Origin: Octopus sinensis
Taxonomy: Eukaryota
Assembly: GCF_006345805.1 (NCBI RefSeq)
Contig: NC_043026.1
Location: 1,054,001-1,118,000, forward strand
Length of the DNA: 64,000 nt
Reading direction: 5' to 3'
Shown: positions 47,770-58,679 of the stretch, piece after piece
Position numbering within the stretch: the stretch's first letter is position 1
Layout of the letters: the number at the start of each line of letters is the position of its first letter
Notes under the pieces: generated by a model
What the model was told of the DNA's origin: nothing
Seen by the model: only the letters and a program-made list of their open reading frames with translations
Database searches by the model: none
Position numbers and translations under genes: made by a program

Positions 47770-50465
47770 ATGTTTTGGTATTGGTATCATGAATGACAAT
47801 GGTCAGAGACTACTTGAATTTTGTACATACCATAACCTGTGCATCACCAACACATTCTTTGCCAACAAGACATCCCACAAGGCAACTTGGAGACATCCAA
47901 GATCTCACCACTGGCATCAGCTGGATCTCATCATTACACGAAGATCCTTTCTGAATTCTGTTCAACTGACCCGTAGTTACCACAGCGCGGATTGTGACAC
48001 AGATCATGCACTTTTTTAGGCAGAATCCTCACCCTGCTTCTTATTAGAAGCAGGGTAAGGATTCTGCCTAAAAAAGTCCATCAATCTAAGAAAATGGGCC
48101 GACCACGCATTAACACTGCCAGAACCTTGGACCCTACACTGCGAAAATGTTTTGCTGTTTCTATCAAGGTTGCTCTCAGTAGCTACCCAACCTCCTCTGC
48201 TGAAAGTAGGTGGAATTATATCAGGGAAGCTTTGTATACCACATCAATAGATACTTTCGGCATGAGAGAAAGGCAAAACCCAGATTGATTCAGTGTTGGG
48301 CTCTCAGAGCTGGAAACAGTTATCGAAGCAAAGCGTGCAGCTCTGATGCAATACAAGAGTGATTCTTCTACAAAGTCACATGAAGAACTCAGAAAGGCAA
48401 GAAATAAAACCCAACTGACTGCCAGACGCTGTGCAAATAGGTATTGGCAGGAAATCTGTCAGAGTATCCAGTCAGCTGCTGACAGTGGCAACACCTGTGG
48501 GATGTATGCCGGTTTGAAGAAGGCCCTCGGACCATCTGCAACCAAGTCAGCCCCTCTGAAATCAACTACTGGAGATCTCATCAAGGACCAAAGCAAGCAA
48601 ATGGCTAGATGGGTGGAGTACTACCACGATCTCTACTTACGGGAGAGGCTGCAATCGAGGGTGTCAAGATCTTGCCAGTCATGTGTGAACTTGTGTGAAC
48701 AGTCTGCCATCTATAGCAGAGCTCACCAAGGCTGTTGACTCCCTAGCAAGAAACAAGGCTCCGGGAAAAGATGGCATCCCCTCAGAGATCATCAAAGCTG
48801 GCAAAAACACCATCCTGCTTCGGCACCTTCATGAGCTTCTGTGTCAGTGCTGGGAAGAAGGTACAGTCCTTCAGGATATGTGGGATGCTAACATCATTAG
48901 GCTTTACAAAAACAAAGGTGACCGTGGTGATTGTAACAATTACCATGGAATATCTCTTCTAAGCACTGTTGGAAAGACCTTTGCTCATGTTATCCTGTCC
49001 AAGCTACAACTGCTTGCTTCTCGAATTTATCCAGAATCGCAGTGTGGCTTTAGAAGAAGCAGATCAACTATTGACATGATATTCTCCATACGCCAACTTC
49101 AGGAGAAGTCCAGAGAGCAGAAAATGCCATTATATATGGCCTTCATTGATCTAACAAAGGCCTTTGACTCGGTAAGCAGAACAGGCCTCTTTACTCTGCT
49201 CCAAAAAATCGGATGTCCATCAAAGCTGCTAAGGATCATCAAGTCTTTCCATGATGATATGCAAGGCACCATACAGCACAACGGTTCAACATCAGCCGCC
49301 TTCCAAATAAAAAACGGGGTAAAGCAAGGTTGTGTCCTCGCTCCTACATTATTTGGCATCTTCTTTTCGCTCTTACTCTCACATGCCTTTCAGACATCAG
49401 ATGATGGAGTGTTTCTGCACAGTAGAAGTGACAGGAAAGTGTTCAATCTCTCGTGTCTGCGTGCCAAGACCAAAATCAGAAACGTCCTGATCAAGGAGAT
49501 GCTATTTGCTGATGATGCTGCTCTGGTATCACACACAGAAGAAGCTCTACAAAGGCTCATCAACTGTTTTGAGCAAGTATGTAGCGACTTTGGCTTAGTT
49601 ATCAGCCTGAAGAAGACCAACATCATAGGTCAGGCTACATCGGACATCCCAAACATACATATTGGAGACCACAGACTACAGGAGGTGGAGAAGTTTACCT
49701 ATCTTGGCTCTACCGTCACCTACAACCTATCCCTTGATGCTGAGCTCAATATACGCATTAGCAAGACAGCTGCTGTGATGGCCCAAATCTCCAAATGGGC
49801 ATGCAACAATAATAAGCTGACCACAAAAATGAAGATTTGGACGCTATACACACGCCAAGAGCGTCCCCATAACATCTTTCACCTGCGCTGCCTCCAGAAA
49901 ATCCTTCGCATCAAATGACAGAATCATGTCCCCAACAAAGATGTCCTCAAGCAAGCAGGAATACCAAGCATGTTTGCACTCCTCACACAAAGACGTATGA
50001 GATGGCTTGGGCATGTTAGCCGTATGAAAGATGGCAGCATCCCCATGGACATACTCTACGGAGAGCTTGCTAGGGGCACTAGGTCTGTGGGAAGACCATT
50101 CTTACAATACAAGGATGTTTGCAAAAGGGACATGAATGCCTGCAACATCAATATTACCAACTGGGAAGCAGTTGCCAGTAACCGTGGAGATTGGTGACAT
50201 ACTGTCAAAGAGGGAACACCAAGGAGTGACATAGAGAGAGAAGAGAAATGGAAAGACAAGAAAAGACGTCAACAAGAAACTATGACATTACAACCAGCCA
50301 GGAACAGTCTTCGCTACATTTGCGGTACCTGCCAGAGGGAGTGTTTGTCCAGGATAGAACTACACAGCCACAGCAGGAGATATATTAGGACATGAAATGT
50401 AAAAGCCGGACTAGATTATTTTATGCGCAACTCCATTGTCTCCCGAGACAAAAAGGATGCCAACA
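47770..50465 (+). mobile_element. BovB-like RTE LINE, 5' truncated within the APE domain
   Basis: NDNGQRLLEFC, TWRHPRSHHWHQLD, 407-aa RT ORF (KAPGKDGI, FIDLTKAFDS, VKQGCVLAP, LFADDAAL, FTYLGS), C-terminal YICGTCQRECLSRIELHSH finger. Confidence 0.92.
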
Positions 50466-50744
50466 ATAATATATATGGATTTCGTAGACAGGAACTGAGA
50501 AAAATCATTCGTATATATATGTATGTATATATGTAAGTGCATGTGTGTGTCTTTGTCTCTGTGTTTCGACCTCATCACTGCTTCACAACTGCTGTTCATT
50601 TATTTACATCCACATAACTTACTGGTTTCACAAGAAAAAACTAATAGAATAAGTACCAGGCTTATCAACATAAAAAATAAGAATTAGGCTGTGTCTCATA
50701 TTTTTGTTTGTCCACTCAGTTGTATCTATCAATTTATCTTTGTA

Positions 50745-50776
<32 letters not shown>

Positions 50777-50780
50777 AATA

Positions 50781-52061
50781 TATATATAACACCCTAATGG
50801 GAGCCTTAACTTCCAAATTTTAGTAATTTCTTTTATGATCCAAAACTAGGTCAAAAGTACTGAATGGATCTTTATGAAATCTGGAAATTATATTCTATGC
50901 ATAACGGCCATAACCCCCATGACAATAAATAGATTTTTGCTGTTGAAATTTTAACCATAGATATTAGGCACAAATGAAGTAATATTTATAAAATTTCATC
51001 TTCTTACAAGTTAGAAAGACCCCTCCATGGGGACTTAACACCTACAATTTTGTTGTGCTCTTGGAAGCCGTAGGGTTACCCGAGCATAAAAGTTGGGTAT
51101 TATTTGTAATTCAGTGGTACAACAGCGTAACACTTTGCTTTGACATACACTTACATTGTGATTTCTGCAATGTGGTGCATAAATTGTCAAGTAAATGAGA
51201 GGCATCTTTGCCTCCACTGATTCAGTTGAGTAAAGTTATTTCATTGCAGACCTCCTTTCAGTCTTTTTATTATCACTGGGTCACACATAGTCCCCAGATG
51301 GTAATATTGATTTCAAGGCCTTCCCAGATGAGTGACTGGTTATTCAAAGACATTTATAGATTGTAAATTTATTCTGTCCAGTTACGTATCAGTATAGTGG
51401 TCATTTGCAAACTCCAGAGGTGACACTTTCATTTCTCCTTAGCCCTCATGTCACACAGTTGTTAATGTTTATTTCAGTTGGGTCACGCCCTTCCAATTGC
51501 TAGAGATTCGTAATGCATCTTACGGCTGTGCTTGTCACCTGGATGGTGAGGAATCCTACATTTGGAGTGGTAACGACTAGGGTAGGGTAGCTGACTGCTT
51601 ATTGTGATCATTCGTCTTTTGGTTTCCTGTAGCTTTGCTCTCTTTTACAAACCCAGTGAACATATATTTCCTATTTCAAAGAAATTCAAACAATAGATAT
51701 AAGACCCAAGTTAAAAAGATTCTCAACAATTCAACTTCTCTGGTTGACATTAAGATGCCCACCCCAACAAGGGCCTTAACTCTCACATTTTAGAGCTCCA
51801 TGACCTTCACTTTTCTGGGGCAAAATCTTTTTAACAGGTTCAATAAAACTGGAATTTTGGAATATGCACATAAAAATCAGTAGTATGGGATACATGTGGC
51901 ATGATTACAATTTTTGGGGGGTGTGTAAAGAGGGAAATAATCCTCATCTGCAATTTTGATGAAATTCGAAACAGATATTCCATTTCATTAGAGAAAATAT
52001 AACAGAAAAGTCTAATTCTTCAATTGTATGTAACACGGGCAACGCTGGGTATCTCTGCTAG
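50781..52061 (+). mobile_element. Second copy of the Helitron-like element (homologous to 39755-41012)
   Basis: Collinear, high similarity over ~1.27 kb; ends ACGGGCAACGCTGGGTATCTCTG-CTAG|T. Confidence 0.7.
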
Positions 52062-52074
52062 TTTATTTATAAAT

Positions 52075-52430
52075 TTCACGAATGCTAATAAAACATTTTC
52101 ATCCAAGAGATATGTGGGTTTCACAGAGGGAAATTTCAAAGCAAGATTCAACAATCACACCTTAAGCTTCAGACTCTGAAATAAATGAAAGACTAGCAAA
52201 TTATCCAGTTCTTAAAAGAACAAGGTGTTGACTACAGAATTTATTGGAAGATCTTAGCCAAGTGTAAATCTTATACCAACAGTAGTGGCAAGTGCGGTCT
52301 TTGTAATATGGAAAGATGGCCTGTCTGGAAAAGTTCCTTCAACCCTGCTACATGTTTAAATTCAAGAACTGAACATTTTGGATCATGTCCACATCTCACA
52401 AAATACCTGTTATGGTTTCGGGCCCACTAA
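52075..52430 (+). mobile_element. Penelope-like GIY-YIG C-terminus
   Basis: RYVGFTEGNFKARFNNH..SF, YRIYWKILAKC..Y..GKCGLCNME, LNSRTEH..SCPH. Confidence 0.85.
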
Positions 52431-52795
52431 AATCATGGCCACAATCCACATTTCTACTAAGATCCTGCAGAAGCTTTCCCATATGTTTTAACTTTCATTA
52501 AGTTTTTATTTTTTATGTTTTCATTTTTTCCTTTTTAATTGTGTGAGAGTGTATATGTATATGTGTGTGTGTACATATATACATATGTGTGTGGATATGT
52601 GTATGTATGGGTACATACATACATATGCTTGTGTGTGTGTGTACATGTTTGTATGAGTGTGTACATATGTAGATGTTGTGAACGCAGGAGGTTTATATCT
52701 ACATATTGTGAGAATATGGTTGTGTGTATCTTTTTTCTTTTTCTATCTATTAGAGTTACTTCCCTTTTATTTAACGGATTTTTCATAGCATCTGT

Positions 52796-52868
52796 TGCCA
52801 TTAAGAGCCGATGAGAATGTATCGTAGCTCTTCGTTCCAACATTCGAAACTCTGAGTACTATAATGAC
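52796..52868 (+). ncRNA. Type I hammerhead fold E (U4C core variant) downstream of a PLE
   Basis: Core CCGATGA (52808-52814); stem II GAATGT/ACATTC; GAAA (52846-52849); stem III ACTC-t-GAGT; GUA triplet; stem I imperfect. Confidence 0.65.
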
Positions 52869-53638
52869 AACCTTTTACTGTTTGTTCTAACTTATAACAT
52901 ATACTAGCACTATGACCTGGCGCTGTTGAGTCTAGTGCTAGTCAAGCATTTTTGGTCTTTCATGAAAATCCCTCTCTCTTGTCATTCACTTGGTCTAACT
53001 CATTAATTATTCCCTGCATTTCTCAAATCAAAAAAGTGTGCACGTTTGAAAGCCAAAACACATGATAACACGTCTTCACAAAACACAAAAATGTGCTGAG
53101 TCATACAGACTGTCTGCAAATGCGCACACGCATCAAACTGTCAGGTGTAAAATTATTTCCGTCCAATCAAAAAACAGACATTTTGCCATTTATAGATATA
53201 GAGATTTTAAGCAAACGTTTAGAAATTCTCTGAGAAACTGGAAAATCCAGAAATCTGGGACAGTTCCGGTCCTAAATTGGATAAATTGGTCTGGTACAGT
53301 TTTGAGGTGTGATACATAACAAGGGAAAGGAAATGCAGAGTTTTAAAGAGTTATTTCCCTTGCTATGGTTTAATATCTTTAGATTAAACTCCTGGATTAA
53401 GTGAGTTACGTTCCCTGTATTAAAGACTTTTGTTACCTGAAACATAAGGGGTCGGTTTATCGATTTTTTAAAATGACTTTCAGGGGTAACTGGGAAATGA
53501 AAAGATCTTCACAACCACCCTTGGACGGTTTTGAATGACCATAGAAAGTGCGAGCCTTCTAACTGAAAAATTGTGGATTTGTATAAAGGACACACACACA
53601 CACATATATATATATGTATATATATTTATATATATGTG

Positions 53639-54039
53639 TGTCTGAACTTATACAGTAACTTGCTTTGTTTTTCCTATCTTTCTCTACGAAATGTAACCCC
53701 TTAAGGTTACCTTCAATCCTTAATTCCATCTTTCCGCCATTTGGCGATGCCTTCTTCTTCTTCTTCTTCTGCTCAAACCCGAAAATCACCATTACAATCC
53801 CCAATTCAAACTTCCTTCTTCTCCAACTCAACTTCCGGTCTGATGTCCACAGCAAGTTAAAAAGATTTTATCTCATTTATCTTCCGTACCTCGTACAACA
53901 TACATTCATTCGTTACTACCGTTAAATGTCTGAACTTATACAGTAACTTGCTTTGTTTTTCCTATCTTTCTCTACGAAATTTAACCCTTTAAGGTTACCT
54001 TCAATCCTTAATTCCATCTTTCCGCCATTTGGCGGTGCC
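53639..54039. repeat. 113-bp direct repeat with 288-bp period
   Basis: 53639-53751 and 53927-54039 are nearly identical. Confidence 0.9.
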
Positions 54040-54499
54040 CCCGCCCTCCCACCCCCACCACCAGTGAACACTGTTCTCACCATCTACACCGGATATGCCC
54101 TCCTCCTCCCCCACCACCATTACGTGTGTCTCTCCCTCCTACCCCTCCTCCTCACATGCTTTCACTGTGTACTACCCCTTCCCCCCACCAAGACAAGCTG
54201 CTAGCGCCGCAGCTCATCAACCGCCCCACTGATCTTACGTTTCCTCCTGTTTTGAATCTGTCACTGCCTCAATCTGGCTATCTCCTTCCAGTCCCCTCCC
54301 CGCCTCGTGATATCCTACGTTTTTATTTCTTACGAACCTGCACCAACCCTTCCCTGTCATCGTTCCTCCTTACCCCAACCTTCCCCACTGGTGCTTCCCT
54401 ATATTACCTGCACCCCCCCACTATCTCTCCCTCTCTTTTCACTGGTGGAACCTTTCTCAGCTGGACCCCCTCCCCAACTCAACTCTAGAAAAGCTCGAA

Positions 54500-54723
54500 C
54501 CGATCGTGACCGATGCCGGACCCCCCGGCCCCTGTGCAGGTGGCACGTAAAAAGCACCCACTCCACTCGCGGAGTGGTTGGCGTTAGGAAGGGCATCCAG
54601 CCGTAGAAACTCTGCCAGATCAGACTGGAGCCTGGAGCGGCCCCTGGCTTCCCAGACCCCGGTCAAACCGTCCAACCCGTGCTAGCGCAGAAAACGGACG
54701 TTAAACGATGATGATGATGATGA

Positions 54724-54725
<2 letters not shown>
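54500..54725 (+). mobile_element. Young RTE 3' tail
   Basis: CpG-intact GGAGTGGTTGGCGTTAGGAAGGGCATCCAGCCGTAGAAAC...(GAT)n followed by (TA)n. Confidence 0.85.
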
Positions 54726-54792
<67 letters not shown>

Positions 54793-54882
54793 AATCCAAA
54801 CAAGAAAACACAGAAAAAACACAGCAACGCGAGGACGTGGAACAATTAAAGTATTATTTGACGCTCAGGAAAGAAGGGAAGG

Positions 54883-54916
<34 letters not shown>

Positions 54917-54917
54917 G

Positions 54918-54969
<52 letters not shown>

Positions 54970-55169
54970 AGCATAACTGTTCAACCAAATGCAGAATGAA
55001 CGACAATCCAAACAGATAAAACGTACCAGAATGTCCAAGCTATAAGTCACTGGAATTGTTGCAAAAGATTCCGTTTTGATTGCACAGAAAAGAGCTTTGA
55101 CTATTCCATATGAAGAGAAATTTATATCCTTGAAAATGATGGAGGCTGTTATGTAATTTTTGCATACAA

Positions 55170-55530
55170 AAGGCACAGCAATAATTATGTGGTAAGATGT
55201 TTGTTTCCCAATCACATGGGTATGGGTTCAATCCCACTGTGTGACACCCTTGGCAAGTGTCTTCTATTATAGCCTCAGATTGATGAGAACCTGTTGAAAT
55301 GTTTTGGTAGATGGAAACTAAGAGAAGCCCATCATATATGTGTGTATTTGTGTCTGTCCCATCCACTGTTTGACAACTGGTGTTTACATTCCCCTAACTT
55401 AGCAGTTCAACAAAAGAGACCAATAGAATAAGTCCAGGACTTGATTTGTTTGACTAAAACCCCTTCAAGGTGGTGCTCCAGCATGGCTGCAGCCAAATGA
55501 CAGAAACAAGTGAAACAAAAGATAAAAGAC
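55170..55530 (+). mobile_element. Diverged SINE family A
   Basis: Head TGTGGTAAG...GGGTTCAATCCCACTG..CCCTTGGCAAG; body and tail. Confidence 0.75.
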
Positions 55531-55559
55531 ATTAAATTCTAAAGCATCAAAGCATCAAA

Positions 55560-55925
55560 GCCATGAATGAGGTTGCTGGTTTAGTTGAGCCAACCATGGA
55601 ACAGGTTGCTCATGCCTAACTAACTGGCACTTTGTCAGTTAGGATGATGTGAGTTCCAGTTGATCCAGTCAACAGAACAGCCTCCTTGTGAAATTAATAT
55701 GCAAGTGGCTGAGCACTCCACAGACCTGCATATCCTTAACGTAGTTCTCAGAGAGATCTAGCATGGCACAGAATTACAGGTACAACTCATTTTTGCCAGC
55801 TGAGTGAACTGGAGCAATGTGAAATAAAGTGTCTTGCTCAAAGACACAATCTGCCACTGGGAATTGAACTCACGACCTTACAATCATGACCTGAATACCC
55901 TAACCAATAAGCCACATACCTTCAC
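55560..55925 (-). mobile_element. tRNA-headed SINE family C
   Basis: Minus strand: TGGCTTATTGG A box, GAGTTCAATTCC B box, TCTTTGAGCAAGACAC CORE-like segment. Confidence 0.65.
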
Positions 55926-56646
55926 TTGTTGCTCATGGACATAACTGATATGGATATGTGCGCCAACACTACTGACAAGCAATGTGTTCCATGGTACATA
56001 TGTACACCTAAATGTGAGTCTGTCCATCCTATCCCTTCCTTTTCTAGCTCTTCTCTTCTCTTATCAGCCTGTATGTACATTCGTATGTGCACACATACAT
56101 AATTAGGCATTCATGAACCCAAAACTAATTTGACTCAATGAGAGAAAACCTATCATTCTCACAGTGACTAGCTTGAATTCTGCAAAGAATTTCAATATAC
56201 TTATTCTTCCTTCTTCTACAAGTGAACATCCGCAATAAATAACCTCCAGCAAGTACAATTCATCAATGGCAACAAGTCAATTTTTCAACTTTATCTTCCG
56301 CTAGTTAGTCAACAAATGTAAAGTGTGGTTGTTTTAATCTTCTGCAATGAGGAGGCTTCAATGGCAATAGATGATGCGCTAGCTCATCTTTTTGATTCTC
56401 CAAAAGTGACCAATGAACCATTATCTTCATTGACACCATACGAAAATAGAGTCATAAAGTTCAGCATTGATTTCATGTATCCTCCATAATGTGTTGATTG
56501 TTGTTTATAATAATCTAGTGCAGAGTGAAGCTTTCGTCAGTGCTCATGTTCTGCTATCATAAGTTAACATTAAAAAAGCAAATACAAAACTGCAAAAGGT
56601 AAAAAGATTTTTCATAAAAAAACAAAAAACCAATAGGTAAACTCAC

Positions 56647-56818
56647 TTCTTAACTCGGGCTCGTTTCTCAGGGCTGATTTCATCCCACCACATTGAGAAG
56701 AAGGACATCTCTGCATAAATCAATCGCATGTCTGGCATCTCCTCCAGTTTCACCAACATATTCTCAAATATACCCTTAGTTTGTTGTTGATAGTAGCCAA
56801 CAAAAGTTTTTAACCAAC
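56647..56818 (-). CDS. MAN2A1: Golgi alpha-mannosidase II (GH38) internal exon, 172 bp
   Basis: Translates (G)WLKTFVGYYQQQTKGIFENMLVKLEEMPDMRLIYAEMSFFSMWWDEISPEKRARVK(K), matching the GH38 segment after HSHNDP. Bounded by ...ccctcAG and GTgagt; ends in phase 2, compatible with the next exon. Confidence 0.93.
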
Positions 56819-57156
56819 CTGAGGGATTAAAACAGAAAGTATAAGAAGCAGGTAAGGATTGGCATGAGGAAGAGCCTTTCGCTGTAAAATGCCAACTCAT
56901 GGCAAAGTGGATAAGAAAGAAATAAAAACAAATACACACACAAACATGTATATACATCTGTATCCAGATTCTTAGAATAGACACACTGTATTGTTGCACA
57001 TCATATGAAGTGATTTAAAGGATTTGCTTCAGGAAGAACATCTAGACATAAAACAATGCTTCAAAAACTCCATTAATTCATGCTAGCGTGAACAAGCATG
57101 TGCAAAAGCATTGATAATAATCATAACAATAATAATAACACACACACATACCCAGG

Positions 57157-58659
57157 ACCATGCTAATAACTTAGGAATGAAATTTAGGATTTCTCAGTTT
57201 TCTGTGAATCAATTTTGATAAAACTTTCCCAGCTGGTTTGTACACTATGGCAACACCGTTGTCATGTTTCCATTATTCTGTGTAATGCTCTTTCTTTTTT
57301 ATTTCAGATTCTTCAGTTTTTAGGTGGCCCATGCTAATCGTGCAGAGGCACAATGGGATGTGGGAAAGGCCTTAATGATGAAAAAAATTCTGTCATCATC
57401 AAGGAAAATGCTAAAGACACCTCTCTTCATGTCTTCATGTCATTGCAGAGAAGTTAGGTTGTCATGAGGACATGGCTAGACATTTCCTGAAGGACCCTTT
57501 GCCAAGGAAGAAATGATCTGAGACTGTGACAGCTAGGAATTTAAGGAATATTGGCCACAAGTTACATGGAAAACCTGGACAAACAAGCAAAGCCATTTTC
57601 ACTGCCTCCGGACTTCATGTATTGAAAACCACCAGAAATTGCATCTGCAGGACCATGGCTTCTGTGCAAGAACCCCTGAAACTACCTGAAACACACCATC
57701 ACAGGAGTTTGAGGTTTCAATGGGCCCAAAAGTACATGATATTAGACACGAGTTGTGTTCCGTTCACTGATGAAACCAGGGTAACCCATGATGGACTTGA
57801 CGGTTAGGCAAATGGTTGTGTCTATTTTGGAGATAAGCATCACCAATGTTTATGATGTCAACAACAGGGTGGAGGGGTCATGTTGTGGGTTGGTATCATT
57901 GGGGACAGACTTGTTGATCCAGTCAGGGTGCCTGAAAGGGTTAAAGTGACTGCAGCCACCTACTGCTATCACTTGAAGGAGGCCTTGGATCCCTGGCTAG
58001 ATGACATACCACTGTCACTTCTAAGGAATTTCATATTCATGCATGACAATGCTCTCTCCCACTCTGCTGGGACCACTCAAACATACTAGGGTCTTATGGC
58101 ATACAAGGTGAAAGGCTGATGGTGTAACCGCCAGCATCTCTGGATCTCAACCATATCAAAAGTCTTTGATCCCTCAAGATGTCTATGCCAATGGACACCA
58201 ATTTATGTCGAAAGATGTCTTATGGACGACCATCAAAGCTGCAGCAGCAGAGGCAGTCCAACCTGCTACTATTAAGAATTGGCAGATTCCATGACTAATA
58301 GGGTTTTTGAAGTTATCTGTCAAAATGGTGCTCAAATGGCTAAATAATTCATTATGTCAATAAATGTTATTACTTTGGTTCTCTGTTGGATATATATACA
58401 TGTATGCTTAATATGTGCCATTACCCTTCATTCTCTGAAAAAAAATGTCTAGATGGACTATTTTCATTCAAAAGCTATTCGTGTGGTTCACCCAAAAACT
58501 GAAGAATCTGAAATAAAAAAGAAAGGACGTTACACAGAATAATGAAAACATAACAATGGTGTTGCCATAGTGTGCAAACCAGCTGGGAAAAGTTTTATCA
58601 AAAGCAATTCAGAGCAAACTGAGAAATCCTAAATTTCATCCTCAAGTTATTAGTGTGGT
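57157..58659 (+). mobile_element. Full-length decayed Tc1 transposon with ~170-bp TIRs
   Basis: Inverted repeats at ~57157-57330 and ~58487-58659; transposase motifs FTDET, GGGVMLWVGI, FMHDNA, DLNHIK(S); TA at the right end. Confidence 0.87.
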
Positions 58660-58679
58660 TATATATATATACACACACA

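Noticed and set aside
54191-54220. Minus-strand TTGATGA-GCTGC/GCAGC hairpin
   Set aside because: Lacks GAAA and stem III; not a hammerhead.
56150-56480. Possible pogo/Tigger-like transposase remnant on the minus strand
   Set aside because: Too many stops and too weak a resemblance to call by eye.
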